Shown: in pieces, positions 10,173-21,013 of the stretch | How positions within the stretch are numbered: position 1 is the first letter of the stretch | Layout of the letters: each line of letters begins with the position of its first letter | Assembly (NCBI GenBank): GCA_037137535.1 | Contig: JBAXKC010000007.1 | Span: 27,037-91,036, forward strand | Length of the DNA: 64,000 nt | DNA from: a bacterium | GTDB lineage: Bacteria > Cyanobacteriota > Vampirovibrionia > Gastranaerophilales > JBAXKC01 | Direction: 5' to 3' | The notes under the pieces: generated by a model | What the model saw: only the letters and a program-made list of their open reading frames with translations | What the model was told of the DNA's origin: nothing | Database searches by the model: none | Translations under genes and position numbers: made by a program

Positions 10173-12327
10173 GTTTTATACCCTCTTTCACTCCTAAGAC
10201 ACAATATATTTTTACAGCATTATCTTTTCCTTTAACTTTACATTCATCAAGATATTGAGTGTTTATATACTCCTTGACTTCGTTGTAAGTCGTTTCACTG
10301 ATAATAATATTCGTTTTATATTCCTTATTAAGCCCCTCAAGACGGGAAGCGAGGTTGACATTATCACCTACAACAGTATAATCAAGCAATCTTGGCGAAC
10401 CCATATGACCAACAATCATATCACCGGTATTTATGCCTATACCGATATCTAAAACATGCTTACCTTCTTCAGCCCATTTTTTATTTAAGAATTTTAATGA
10501 CTCCATCATGGAAATAGCCGTTAAAACAGACCTTAGAGCATGGTCTTCCATCGGTAAGGGATCACCATAAAAGGCCATAATTGCATCGCCAATATATTTA
10601 TCTAACGTTCCATTATGCTTTAATATCACTTCGACCATTTCAGTCATATATTCATTCAACTGTGAAATAAGTTCATGAGGCGGTATTTTCTCTGAAAGAG
10701 TAGTAAAACTTCTAATATCAGAGAATAAAACCGTCATATACTTTCTTTGACCTTCTCTGGATACACTTTTAGGGTCTTTTAATAATTTATCAAGAACCTG
10801 AGGAGAAACAAACTTTCCAAACAAGTTTTCTATTTGCTGTTTATCCTTTTTCTCTATATGAATTTTATATAAGTATGTCCCAATGGAAGAAACGGTCATT
10901 AATATTAGCGGATAGGTCATATTCACCCATATTCTGATCTGAGGATGGGCAAAAAGAATAAGAGCCAATATTATAAAAAAGAATACAACAAGGAAAAAAC
11001 CTGCAAGACTAAGCAAATTAGAACGAGCTTTAATAATAAAAATAACAATTGCCGCACAAAACAATAATGAAATCATAAAATTTGTTATAAAATCGGCTTT
11101 TTTTATAAAATTCCTTGAAGAATTACTATTTTTAAGAGTGTCATGAAGCAAATTATCAATACTTGTAGCAATTATTTCCGTCCCGGGGTAAACCATGCCC
11201 ATTGGAGTAGGATGAAAATCAGTACCCGGTGCTGTTTGACCTATTACAATTATTTTATCCTTAAAAAAGTCAGAGGTTATTCTATCACTTGGATTAATTT
11301 TATTAATTTTACCTTTTTCAAAAGCTTCGGAAATCAAAACTTTAGAAATAGAAATATTTTTATAAGCAGAAGCTTTTCCATGCCAGTTAATAAGAAGTTT
11401 CCCCTCTTCATCAATAGGAATTATTCTGTTTTTTGATTCAATTCTGTCTTGATATAACTTATAGGAAGCGTTTTCATCTTTGTCTGACAAGGCAATAACC
11501 GTTGCCAAAGGAAGAGATGGGATATACTGAACACCTTGACTCTTCGCCAATCTGTATAGTGGCTCATGCACTCTGGCAACAAGGCTGTCACCAGACTTCA
11601 GATTAATAACACCCAAAGAATGCGAACTTGCTAAAAGCTCGGGGCTTATAGCACTATTTCCGTAAAAAGTAATATTATTAAGTAAATTTTGAATATTTTT
11701 ATCAGTAGAAGGTAACTCCTGTATCGATTTGTCATCAATATTTAATGTTAATGCTTTTTTTAATGGAATTGATGAAATATTTAACTGCTTATAAACATAA
11801 CTATCTAAATTATTATTAGAAAATTTTCTTTGCTTAGTTAAATCGTTAACTTCCTTGCTGATTGACTCTCTTGGATAAGATAAGGCAACTCCGAGAATTA
11901 CGTTTTTATGTTTTTTTAAAACATCCGCCATATATTTATCAGAATAAACACTCTTAATATCATTGCCTTCAGAGCCTTCAAACTTTATATCAAAAACTAT
12001 TGCCTTAGGCTTACCCTTATTAATAAAAGTTATTACATCTCCCCAGGTTTTTCTCGGCCATGGCCACCTTCCAAGAGCAAGTTTAGGATATTGCATCAAT
12101 TTATCATTTGTAGACTGATCATCCGTCAGTAGAATTATATTATTATCGGCTTTTCTGAATTTAGAACTAAAAGGCCCTCCATCAACAGAGATTTGAGCTC
12201 GCCAATCATACATAATGCTTTCAATATTATTTAAAAGGTCTTTAATACCTGCAAACCAGCTTATTCCGATTATCAGAACACAAGCAAAAACCACCAACAT
12301 ATTGCGGAAGAAATAATTATCACGCAT
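10147..12327 (-). CDS. CHASE2-domain class III adenylate/guanylate cyclase
   Basis: GRWPWPR CHASE2 motif, three TM helices, TVLFSDIRSFT, DKYIGDAIMA, YTVVGDNVNLASRLE. Confidence 0.95.
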   Translation of the reverse strand: MRDNYFFRNMLVVFACVLIIGISWFAGIKDLLNNIESIMYDWRAQISVDGGPFSSKFRKADNNIILLTDDQSTNDKLMQYPKLALGRWPWPRKTWGDVITFINKGKPKAIVFDIKFEGSEGNDIKSVYSDKYMADVLKKHKNVILGVALSYPRESISKEVNDLTKQRKFSNNNLDSYVYKQLNISSIPLKKALTLNIDDKSIQELPSTDKNIQNLLNNITFYGNSAISPELLASSHSLGVINLKSGDSLVARVHEPLYRLAKSQGVQYIPSLPLATVIALSDKDENASYKLYQDRIESKNRIIPIDEEGKLLINWHGKASAYKNISISKVLISEAFEKGKINKINPSDRITSDFFKDKIIVIGQTAPGTDFHPTPMGMVYPGTEIIATSIDNLLHDTLKNSNSSRNFIKKADFITNFMISLLFCAAIVIFIIKARSNLLSLAGFFLVVFFFIILALILFAHPQIRIWVNMTYPLILMTVSSIGTYLYKIHIEKKDKQQIENLFGKFVSPQVLDKLLKDPKSVSREGQRKYMTVLFSDIRSFTTLSEKIPPHELISQLNEYMTEMVEVILKHNGTLDKYIGDAIMAFYGDPLPMEDHALRSVLTAISMMESLKFLNKKWAEEGKHVLDIGIGINTGDMIVGHMGSPRLLDYTVVGDNVNLASRLEGLNKEYKTNIIISETTYNEVKEYINTQYLDECKVKGKDNAVKIYCVLGVKEGIKLENYSIKA

Positions 12328-12406
12328 AATAAAAGACCTTATCCAAACTCACTTTTATATTTAATTATATAAATACATATTATTTTTATCAATCACGAAT
12401 AAATGC

Positions 12407-12435
12407 TTGACTATATTTTATGTTAGAGGTTTAAT
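12407..12435 (+). promoter_or_regulatory. Putative sigma70 promoter of tRNA-Leu
   Basis: TTGACT-N17-TTTAAT upstream of the tRNA. Confidence 0.5.
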
Positions 12436-12462
12436 ATAGATAATTAAATATTAATTTAGTTC

Positions 12463-12546
12463 GGGTGAGTGGCGGAATTGGTAGACGCGCTAGTCTTAGG
12501 AACTAGTAGGTTCCCTGTGAGAGTTCGAGTCTCTCCTCGCCCACCA
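12463..12546 (+). tRNA. tRNA-Leu(TAG)
   Basis: Acceptor GGGTGAG/CTCGCCC, D-loop GGAATTGGTAGAC, anticodon stem CTAGT-ctTAGga-ACTAG, long variable arm, GTTCGAGT, encoded CCA. Confidence 0.97.
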
Positions 12547-12549
12547 TTT

Positions 12550-12581
12550 AATACAACCTTATTTTTAAAGGTTGTATTTTT
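12550..12581 (+). terminator. Intrinsic terminator after tRNA-Leu
   Basis: AATACAACCTT/AAGGTTGTATT inverted repeat followed by T-run. Confidence 0.75.
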
Positions 12582-12689
12582 GTATGGATTTTAAAATACA
12601 ACCTATTTGTTAAAGCTCCCATTAAATTACTTGAAAATATACTTCAACTCTGAAATAATTTTACTAGATTAATAATTAGCAAAAAAATA

Positions 12690-13709
12690 ATGGTAGATTC
12701 TGCTCAAAAAGACTGTCAAGCTTTTAATTACTGCTTGAACGATATATTAATTACAGTAAAACCTGAATTAGATTCTTTAGAAAGAAAGTTAATTCAGGAA
12801 CTTTCCGGCAATAATCCTTTTTTAAATAAAATTACTGAACATATTATTCAGGCAGGAGGCAAAAGGCTAAGACCTGCGCTGGTTTTTTTATTTTCAAAAG
12901 CCTTTAATGGCTCATTTGTAAGCTCAAATCACCTTAGACTTGCTATTGCGTCAGAATTAATCCACACTGCAACATTAATTCATGACGATATAATTGATGA
13001 AGCAGATGAAAGACGTGGAATTCAAACAATTAATTCAAAATGGAGCGATAAAGCAGCAGTTATAGCGGGCGATTATCTGCTTGCAAAATCTTTAAAAAAT
13101 CTTGCCTTAACAAAAAATGTAAACGTAATAGAAATTTTTTCAAATATTCTTAGCGAAATATGTGAAGGCGAAATAACTCAAAATTCCGAAAAATATCAAA
13201 TACCTTTACTGGAAAGCTATATTGAAAAATCAAAACGTAAAACAGCAATGTTATTTATAGCTTGCACCGAAGGTTCTGCGGTATTATCACCAAATTCAAA
13301 CAATCTAAAAATAAAAACAGCAAGAGATTATGCCTTGAATTTTGGTATTGCTTTTCAGATAATCGATGATGTTTTAAATTATATGACACAAAATAATGAA
13401 GCAGATAAACCCGTTGGCAGCGACCTTTTCAATGGAATTATAACCGCACCTGCAATATTTGCAGTCGAAGAATACGCAGAAAAAGGTGATTTTATTTTAA
13501 AAAACCTTATTGAAAATGGTTTAAATTCCTCTGAAGAATTTGATTTAGCGCTTGAACTAATTTTAAATACTCAAGGAATAAATAAATCAATTAAATTGGC
13601 GGAAGAATATTCGCAAAAGGCATGCCAATCAATAGAAACACTTGAAGAAAACGAAATAAAACAAACCCTTACAGACTTAGCCCAATTTGTAATAAATAGA
13701 AAAAAATAA
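12690..13709 (+). CDS. Polyprenyl (solanesyl/octaprenyl) diphosphate synthase
   Basis: GGKRLRP, LIHDDIID..RRG, FQIIDDVLN motifs. Confidence 0.93.
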   Translation: MVDSAQKDCQAFNYCLNDILITVKPELDSLERKLIQELSGNNPFLNKITEHIIQAGGKRLRPALVFLFSKAFNGSFVSSNHLRLAIASELIHTATLIHDDIIDEADERRGIQTINSKWSDKAAVIAGDYLLAKSLKNLALTKNVNVIEIFSNILSEICEGEITQNSEKYQIPLLESYIEKSKRKTAMLFIACTEGSAVLSPNSNNLKIKTARDYALNFGIAFQIIDDVLNYMTQNNEADKPVGSDLFNGIITAPAIFAVEEYAEKGDFILKNLIENGLNSSEEFDLALELILNTQGINKSIKLAEEYSQKACQSIETLEENEIKQTLTDLAQFVINRKK

Positions 13710-13793
13710 GGCTAATATCATATAGTTTTATTTATGATATACTCAAACTTGTTAAAAAGGTGAGCTTTTGGCTTTTTATATGAGGGTATAGCA

Positions 13794-14489
13794 TTGACAG
13801 ACGATACAAATTCAAATAGTCATAAAATAAAAGCGATTATTAAAGAAACTGTTGAAACAATAGTCATTGTACTTGTTCTTGTCTTTTTTATTCGTCATTT
13901 TATTGCCGAGCCAAGATGGATACCTTCTGCATCAATGCACCCGACTTTAATTGAAGGAGATAGGCTTATTGTTGAAAAAATAAGTGCTTATTTTTCAACA
14001 CCTAAAAGAGGCGATATTCTAGTATTTTATCCTCCTCACAGAAAGCTTGACCCTACACTATGGGGAAAATTCACTAGAACAATAGGCTTTTTCGGAAAAG
14101 ACGATGCTTTTATTAAAAGAGTTATAGGCTTACCGGGTGATAACATTAAAATAACACCCGATAACAATCTTTATATCAACGGAAAAAAATTAGATGAGCC
14201 TTATAAAATTGGTTCTTCAACTATAAGCTGTTCTTTTGCAAGATATTGCGCAGAAACCTCAATAAAAGTTCCTCCTCATTCTTATTTCATGATGGGTGAT
14301 AACCGTTCAAACAGTGAAGACAGTCGTTTTTGGGGTTATTTACCTGATAATAGAATTATTGGAAAAGCTGTTTTTATATTTTGGCCATTAAACAGAATCA
14401 AAGTATTAACAAGACCAGATTATCCCAATTTAGTACCGCAACCTAATAATAGAGTTAAAAATATTAATGAAAGAGCTACAGTTCATTGA
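13794..14489 (+). CDS. lepB: Signal peptidase I
   Basis: IPSASMHPTL, FIKRVIGLPGD, MGDNRSNSEDSR. Confidence 0.96.
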   Translation: MTDDTNSNSHKIKAIIKETVETIVIVLVLVFFIRHFIAEPRWIPSASMHPTLIEGDRLIVEKISAYFSTPKRGDILVFYPPHRKLDPTLWGKFTRTIGFFGKDDAFIKRVIGLPGDNIKITPDNNLYINGKKLDEPYKIGSSTISCSFARYCAETSIKVPPHSYFMMGDNRSNSEDSRFWGYLPDNRIIGKAVFIFWPLNRIKVLTRPDYPNLVPQPNNRVKNINERATVH

Positions 14490-15435
14490 AATAATTAAAA
14501 AGACGTTACCATCTTCCTGTAAATATATCGGGGATGATACTGCTTTTTTATCGGATAAAGGAATTATAATAACTCAAGACACGCTTGTAGAAGATGTTCA
14601 TTTCAGATTAACAACTATTAGCCCCTTTCAACTCGGCTATAAATCCATCGCTGTAAACTTAAGCGACATTGCTGCAGGTGCAGCAATTGCTAAATATTGC
14701 CTTATTTCTCTTTCCTTACCTAAAAACATTAATAATGCTTTTATAGAAGGATTTTATAAAGGCGTAAAGGCTATATGTGAGTTTTTTAACGTTGATGTAA
14801 TAGGTGGAGATATTACAGGGGCTGAAAAATTAACTGTAAGCATTACGGCAATAGGCTATACTGAAGGGGTACAACCTGCTTCACGCAAAAATGCAAAAGA
14901 AAATGATATTGTCTTTGTAACAGGTCATTTTGGCTCAAGCGCAGCCGGATTATGGTGTTTAGAAAATAATTACAATTCTGATAAATTTATAAAAAGCCAC
15001 CTAATGCCAATGCCAAGATTGACAGAAGCCAGAAAAATCCTTGAAAAATCAAAACATCCTTTGACTTTAATGGATGCAAGCGATGGACTTGCTGATGCTT
15101 TAGCAAAAATCTCTTCAATGAGCGAAGTATCTATGGAAATAAACGCTATAGATATTCCAATTGACAGCGATATAAAAAATATTGCGGGAAAAGCCAATAT
15201 AAATTCATATTACGACTGGATTTTATTTGGTGGAGAAGACTATGAACTTGTAGGGACAATGCCCGAAAGTTTATTTAATGAATTAAATCATAATGAATTA
15301 AACATTAAAAAAATCGGGAAAGTAATAAAAAAAGAACTTAACTCAACTGTTTTTGTCCAATTAAATGATAAAACCCTTGAAATTAATATGGAAACGCTAA
15401 ATCAACAAACTTTTGATCATTTTAAAGAGGATTAA
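14467..15435 (+). CDS. thiL: Thiamine-phosphate kinase
   Basis: IGDDTA, NLSDIAA, MDASDGL, GGEDYEL. Confidence 0.94.
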   Translation: MKELQFIEIIKKTLPSSCKYIGDDTAFLSDKGIIITQDTLVEDVHFRLTTISPFQLGYKSIAVNLSDIAAGAAIAKYCLISLSLPKNINNAFIEGFYKGVKAICEFFNVDVIGGDITGAEKLTVSITAIGYTEGVQPASRKNAKENDIVFVTGHFGSSAAGLWCLENNYNSDKFIKSHLMPMPRLTEARKILEKSKHPLTLMDASDGLADALAKISSMSEVSMEINAIDIPIDSDIKNIAGKANINSYYDWILFGGEDYELVGTMPESLFNELNHNELNIKKIGKVIKKELNSTVFVQLNDKTLEINMETLNQQTFDHFKED

Positions 15436-15437
15436 AA

Positions 15438-16121
15438 ATGAAAATTTCTGCAATTATACCCGCAGGTGGCTCTGGAAACAGGTACAGCAAAGAGAAGAAT
15501 AAGCTTTTAGAACTTTTATCGGGGAAAGAAGTTTTAATAACAACTATTGAAGCTATTTTAACCTCTGATTATATTGACAATATTATAATTCCCTCCTATG
15601 AAGGAATTATTCCCTTTTTAAACAAAGCCTTACAGACTTTTCCTCATAAAGACAAAATTCAAATCATTAATGGAGGAGACACAAGGCAAGCATCTGTTTA
15701 TAATGCATTGGAGTTTTTAAATAAAACAACTAAACCTGATTATATTGTGATACATGATGGAGCAAGACCTTTAATTACAAACGATATTATCAATTCAGTA
15801 ATCAAAAAAGCCATTGAAACTGATGCGGCAATCGTTGCAGTCCCTGTAAAAGATACGATTAAAAGAGCTAATAGCGAAAATTTAGTTATAGAAACGCCTA
15901 ACAGAGAAGAATTATGGCAAATTCAAACCCCACAGGTCTTTAATTTTGATAAATTAATTAAGGCTCATGAAAAATACAAACAGGAAAATTTTACAGATGA
16001 TGCAGCACTTATGGAAAAAGAAGGCTATAACGTGTTTCTTGTAAAAGGCTCTTATTCAAATATAAAAATAACTACCCCCGAAGATATTATTATTGCTGAG
16101 GCGTTATTGGCAATTCAGTAA
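15438..16121 (+). CDS. ispD: 2-C-methyl-D-erythritol 4-phosphate cytidylyltransferase
   Basis: PAGGSGNR, IHDGARP, QTPQVF, NIKITTPED. Confidence 0.95.
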   Translation: MKISAIIPAGGSGNRYSKEKNKLLELLSGKEVLITTIEAILTSDYIDNIIIPSYEGIIPFLNKALQTFPHKDKIQIINGGDTRQASVYNALEFLNKTTKPDYIVIHDGARPLITNDIINSVIKKAIETDAAIVAVPVKDTIKRANSENLVIETPNREELWQIQTPQVFNFDKLIKAHEKYKQENFTDDAALMEKEGYNVFLVKGSYSNIKITTPEDIIIAEALLAIQ

Positions 16122-16234
16122 AATTCAATTATAATACTTATTCAAATATCTAATAAAATAAGAGCAATAAGTCAATTTTTTCATGCGCTGTGTTTTTATA
16201 TATATAATATATCGTTTAAAGTAGAGGATAAATA

Positions 16235-18562
16235 ATGAACACTAATAATAGTGTAAATTTTTTTTCAACAAATAATCTATATAAACTACCTGAAAAACAA
16301 CTTTCTCAGGTAGCTATAAAAACTACTGAGCTTGAAAACGATAAATTTGAATTATCAACAGCCTCTAAACAACCTGAAAATAAAAAAAATAATAATTTAT
16401 TAATGTATGCGACTATTTTATCAACAGCAGCAGCAACTATTCTTGGGGCAATCGTCTTACATAAAAATGGACTTTTGGCAGAAGTAAAAACTCAGTTATC
16501 TTCTAAAGAGACTCATCTTAATGAAATAAATCAAAAAGTTAAAGAAACCTTAAAAAATTCACAAGCACTTGAAAATGAATTAGCAAAATTAAAAGAACAA
16601 GCTCTTAAATCTGCTGATGAGGCTTTAAATAAAACTGTTGAAACATTACAAAAAGAAAAACAGGCTCTTGAAACAAAAGCCCAATTATTAGAACAACAAC
16701 TCAAGCAAGCAAAAAATAGTAACACAGCAGAAGTTTCTGAACTTAAACAACAACTTAACATCCTAAATACCGAAAAACAAAAACTTGAGCAAAATGTTAG
16801 AAACCTTGTAGCTGAATCAAAAAGCAAAGACGGCATTATCAATTCACTTCAACAAGATATTTCACAAATAAAAACTGCTTCCGATGAAGCTACTAAAAAA
16901 CTTGCTGACTTGCAAAAATCAGCTTTAGAAGCTGCTGATCAAAAGTTAAATAAAGCTGTTGAAATTTTACAAAAAGAAAAACAAGCTCTTGAAGAAAAAG
17001 CAAATACACTAGAGCAACAACTTCAGCAAGCAAAAAACAGTAACACAGCAGAAGTTTCTGAGCTTAACAAACAACTTAACAGTCTAAAAACCGAAAAACA
17101 AAAACTTGAACAAAATGTCAATAAACTTGTAACTGAAACAAAAAGCAAAGACGGCATTATCAGTTCACTTCAACAAAAAATTGAACAAATAAAAACGGAG
17201 TCCAATGAGGCTACTCAAAAACTTGTTAAAATAAATCAAGCCGCTTTAGAAGCTTCTGATAAAAACTTGCAGAAGGCTGTTACAGATTTAAAAACACAAA
17301 AAGCAGAAATTGATAAATTAAATAAAGAATTAGAAGACTCTCTTAGAACTCAATCTTCAAATTCTGCTGAAATTACAAACCTAAAAGCTAAGGTTAAAGA
17401 ATTAGAAAACAAAAATATAGAATTAAATAAAAATATTGGAAAAGTTGAAAATGAAATAATCTCAGGCATTCAATCCAAACTTTCTAAAGTAGAACATCCT
17501 GCCGTTGGCAAACAAGTAAAAATAAATCTTGAAAAAGACGGTGAATTTTTCATCGGAAGAGAAGCTTCACCTAGCTGTATAGAAATAACAGACAGCGGTA
17601 AAGTAAGTCGAACTCATTTAAAATTAAATATAAAAAATGGAAAAGTTGAAATAACTGATGTTTCTGCAAATGGAACACTATTAAACGGTAACATTATTCA
17701 AAAAAACAAACCAATAACGATTAACAAGTTAGATGAAATTCAAATAGACAATACTATCTATTTATTTGACGGTAAAGAGCTTAAAACCTTAACAAATGAT
17801 GCTGAAACATACAGAGAAATGTTTAATTCAGGAATTAAAGATCTTCCCTTTTATCAAGGTCAGAATGGCAATTGCTATGCTTTAAGCGGCTTTGATTCTT
17901 TAAGAGCTATGCCAGATGCCAAATGTTATCTTGCAAACATGATTTCTAAAGAAAAAAATGGAGATATAATTGTAAACTTTGCAGGAGTAAAAGAAGGAGC
18001 AGGAAAAAAAATAATCATAAAAGCGGCGGAACTACCTTCAATACTTAATGACCCTGAGGCAGTAATATCCTCTAATGGTTTAAAAATAATTGAACGAGCT
18101 TATGGGCATCTTATAAAGGCTGAAAGACAATCTTTAAACCCTAATAGTAATAAGACAATGTTCTTAATGTCAGGCGGTAGACCTGGGGACTTTATGGAAG
18201 CAATTGTACCAGGAATAAAACATCTTATTTTCTGGGGAAATGATATTGGCGATATGTCTCGTGAAGCAGAGCACCTCCCTTATGCCCTAAATATGCTTAA
18301 AAGTTTTTCCGCCAATAAAGAAAGAATGGCTTTAACAGCTGCAACCAGAAGAGGAGCAGCAGGTGGACATGAGGTGATACTTAAAACAATTGGAAATTTA
18401 CAAATAGCACAAACACATGCATATAGCATAAAAAATGTAGACTTGGCCAATCAAAAGATTTTACTTGCAAATCCTTGGGATTCTAGTGAAAAGGCTTATA
18501 TTGCCTTTGATGAATTCTTTAAATTATTTGGAACTATCGACAGTATAGCTATGAAAAAATAG
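16235..18562 (+). CDS. Membrane-anchored coiled-coil protein with FHA domain and C-terminal calpain-like (C2) cysteine protease
   Basis: Hydrophobic helix aa~56-75, long coiled coil, FHA motifs IGR..VSRTH..SANGTLLNG, protease motifs QGQNGNCY, HAYSI, NPW. Confidence 0.8.
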   Translation: MNTNNSVNFFSTNNLYKLPEKQLSQVAIKTTELENDKFELSTASKQPENKKNNNLLMYATILSTAAATILGAIVLHKNGLLAEVKTQLSSKETHLNEINQKVKETLKNSQALENELAKLKEQALKSADEALNKTVETLQKEKQALETKAQLLEQQLKQAKNSNTAEVSELKQQLNILNTEKQKLEQNVRNLVAESKSKDGIINSLQQDISQIKTASDEATKKLADLQKSALEAADQKLNKAVEILQKEKQALEEKANTLEQQLQQAKNSNTAEVSELNKQLNSLKTEKQKLEQNVNKLVTETKSKDGIISSLQQKIEQIKTESNEATQKLVKINQAALEASDKNLQKAVTDLKTQKAEIDKLNKELEDSLRTQSSNSAEITNLKAKVKELENKNIELNKNIGKVENEIISGIQSKLSKVEHPAVGKQVKINLEKDGEFFIGREASPSCIEITDSGKVSRTHLKLNIKNGKVEITDVSANGTLLNGNIIQKNKPITINKLDEIQIDNTIYLFDGKELKTLTNDAETYREMFNSGIKDLPFYQGQNGNCYALSGFDSLRAMPDAKCYLANMISKEKNGDIIVNFAGVKEGAGKKIIIKAAELPSILNDPEAVISSNGLKIIERAYGHLIKAERQSLNPNSNKTMFLMSGGRPGDFMEAIVPGIKHLIFWGNDIGDMSREAEHLPYALNMLKSFSANKERMALTAATRRGAAGGHEVILKTIGNLQIAQTHAYSIKNVDLANQKILLANPWDSSEKAYIAFDEFFKLFGTIDSIAMKK
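16610..17285 (+). repeat. Intragenic tandem duplication, 321-bp (107-aa) period, about 2 copies
   Basis: GACGGCATTAT at 16829 and 17150; QAKNSNTAEVSEL occurs twice. Confidence 0.85.
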
Positions 18563-18623
18563 TCAATAATTCATTTCAAATTGTTTTTAAATATATATAG
18601 GCGAATTATATAAAGGAGAAACA

Positions 18624-18851
18624 ATGTCAAACGAACTTTTCAATATAGTTAATACGATTGACAAATATATCGGCAAAAATAAAATGACTTGTTATAAATT
18701 CAACTATCCTTGCGAATATAAACGTTGTGAAGTGGCTAAATCTATTGATATTGTTGATGAGTATAAAACTTTAAAAGAAACAGTTGAGAATTTATCCTTT
18801 CAATCTTCTGATCTCGCTTACAGCTATGTAGAAGTAAGAAACAGACGATAA
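18624..18851 (+). CDS. Small hypothetical protein with three Cys
   Basis: Strong RBS AAAGGAG, 75-aa ORF, followed by terminator. Confidence 0.75.
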   Translation: MSNELFNIVNTIDKYIGKNKMTCYKFNYPCEYKRCEVAKSIDIVDEYKTLKETVENLSFQSSDLAYSYVEVRNRR

Positions 18852-18871
18852 ATATTTTAATAATATAAACT

Positions 18872-18896
18872 AAAGCGGTTATTTAAGCCGCTTTTT
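18872..18896 (+). terminator. Intrinsic terminator
   Basis: AAAGCGGTT/AGCCGCTTT stem with T-run. Confidence 0.65.
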
Positions 18897-18997
18897 GTAT
18901 TTCTTGCAGATTTTGTAGAAAGTTCTCTTTTATCGTAATATAATTTTATTACAAGCTCATATTACTGAGTATTTATTAATAAAATGAATTGAAAATT

Positions 18998-21013
18998 ATG
19001 GTTGAAGCTGCAATATCATCATATTTACCGCTATATAGAAAATACAGACCGCAAAAATTTAGTGATCTTGTCGGACAGGAAGCAGTAACTAAAATTCTTT
19101 CTTCTGCAATAGAATTAAACAAAGTTTCCCATGCATACCTTTTTACAGGTTCAAGAGGAACAGGAAAAACTTCTTCCGCAAGGATTTTTGCAAAGTCTTT
19201 AAATTGCGAAAAAGGCCCGACTCCAAGTCCATGTGGAGTTTGCGCAAGTTGCACGGATATAACCGCAGGCAGAGCTGTTGATGTAATAGAAATCGATGCC
19301 GCAAGCAATCGTAGCGTTGAACATGCCAGAAACATTCTTGAAAAAGTACAATTTGCACCAGTTGCAGGCAAATATAAAGTCTATATCATAGATGAAGTGC
19401 ATATGCTTTCAAAAGAAGCCTTTAATACTTTATTAAAAACGCTGGAAGAACCGCCTAAAAATTTGGTATTTATACTTGCAACGACCGAAACTCATAAAGT
19501 TCTTGAAACTATCGTATCTCGTTGTCAAAGGTTTGATTTTAAAAGAATTAAAACCGAGCTGATCGTCGGACTTCTACAAGAAATCTCAAAAATTGAAAAT
19601 ATTAACATAAACGATGAAGCCTTATTTATAATTGCAAGAAAAGCTCAAGGAGGTTTAAGGGATGCTCTTAGCCTTTTAGATCAGGTAAGTATTTTATCCT
19701 TGACAGGTAAGCAAATAACCGAAGAAGATGTCCTTAAAATGTTGGGAAGCCTTTCTGAAGAAACGCTTTATGAAATAACTCAGGCTCTTGCGGAAAAGAA
19801 CATTCAAAGTTTGCTTAAATTTTTAGATTATCTTTACGAAAAAGGAAATGAACCTGTTCAGATAATCCGTGAACTTATAGGCTATTTTAGAAATCTTATG
19901 CTTGTGAAAACTTCAGATAATTATTCTGAAATTAAAGAATTGGTATTAAGCGGAGAAGAGTTTTATTCAAAGCTGAAAACTCAATCAGCTATCTTTGAAA
20001 CTATTGAAATTACACAAATTATTGAAAAACTTGCAGAATGTGAAAGAGCGTTAAAAAACTCATCACAACAGGGGTTATGGATTGAAACAGGCTTAATATC
20101 TATATGTCACAGGCATGACATTCAAGTTATAAAAAATCTTGAAGAAAGAATAGAAAAACTTGAGAGTCTTATTTTATCTGGCAATATTCCTACTCAAAGA
20201 GTAAATACAACTTATGAAAAGCCGATTACAAGCTTTACTGCTCCAATCGTAAAAGAAATTGAACTGCCTGAAAAAACTAAAGAACCTGCAATTACAACAG
20301 AAGTAAAAGCTCCAGTTATTCAAACTACTCCAAAAATTGAACCCGCAAGACAAGAAGAACCAAAACCGATACTGATAAAAGAAGAAAAACCACAAGAAAC
20401 TCAAAGTGCCCAAAGTGTTTCCTCAATTACTTCTGTCTCAAAAGAAGATTTAATAGCAAACTGGAAGCTCTTATTGAAAAATATTACAAGCCCACCCACA
20501 ATGAGCTTGTTTATGCAGCTTTCGACCCCCGTTGAAATAACTGCTGATAGAATTATTGTTACTTTTAAAGATGAAACATGGGTAAAGAAAATTCAGGATG
20601 AAGGCAAAGCAGAAATGCTTGAAAAAGCTGCTATTGCTTTATTTGGAAAAGCTCCTAGGCTTATTATCAGAACACCTATGCCTGAAGATAAAGCAAATAT
20701 AAAAGCTGATAAAATATCTATAAGCTCACAACCTGTTACAGAAGTACAAAAGCCGAAGCCTGCTCCTCAACAAGCAGCACCTGCTGTAGAAACGCATACT
20801 TATGATCAAATAACTTCTGATATTGTTGAAGAACGCACCGAAAAAATTGTTAAAAGATCCGATGACGTGAAAAATGTATCTTCCTCTTCTGATGATCTGA
20901 CGGATGACGATTTAGAAGAGATACAAACAACCGCCCCGCAGATTGTTAGAACAAATCTTCCCGAGACGGCTGTACATCTTTTAAATGTGTTTAACGGTAA
21001 ACTTATTGATTAA
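18998..21013 (+). CDS. dnaX: DNA polymerase III subunit gamma/tau
   Basis: LYRKYRPQKF, GSRGTGKTS, Zn cysteines, IDAASN, IIDEVHML, SRCQ. Confidence 0.97.
   Translation: MVEAAISSYLPLYRKYRPQKFSDLVGQEAVTKILSSAIELNKVSHAYLFTGSRGTGKTSSARIFAKSLNCEKGPTPSPCGVCASCTDITAGRAVDVIEIDAASNRSVEHARNILEKVQFAPVAGKYKVYIIDEVHMLSKEAFNTLLKTLEEPPKNLVFILATTETHKVLETIVSRCQRFDFKRIKTELIVGLLQEISKIENININDEALFIIARKAQGGLRDALSLLDQVSILSLTGKQITEEDVLKMLGSLSEETLYEITQALAEKNIQSLLKFLDYLYEKGNEPVQIIRELIGYFRNLMLVKTSDNYSEIKELVLSGEEFYSKLKTQSAIFETIEITQIIEKLAECERALKNSSQQGLWIETGLISICHRHDIQVIKNLEERIEKLESLILSGNIPTQRVNTTYEKPITSFTAPIVKEIELPEKTKEPAITTEVKAPVIQTTPKIEPARQEEPKPILIKEEKPQETQSAQSVSSITSVSKEDLIANWKLLLKNITSPPTMSLFMQLSTPVEITADRIIVTFKDETWVKKIQDEGKAEMLEKAAIALFGKAPRLIIRTPMPEDKANIKADKISISSQPVTEVQKPKPAPQQAAPAVETHTYDQITSDIVEERTEKIVKRSDDVKNVSSSSDDLTDDDLEEIQTTAPQIVRTNLPETAVHLLNVFNGKLID

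Noticed and set aside
12463-12610. tRNA as integration site (AATACAACCT repeated)
   Set aside because: No integrase and no duplicated tRNA 3' end; repeat is only the terminator arm
20100-20450. Programmed frameshift in dnaX
   Set aside because: No AAAAAAG slippery site with downstream hairpin or long A-run seen in this region
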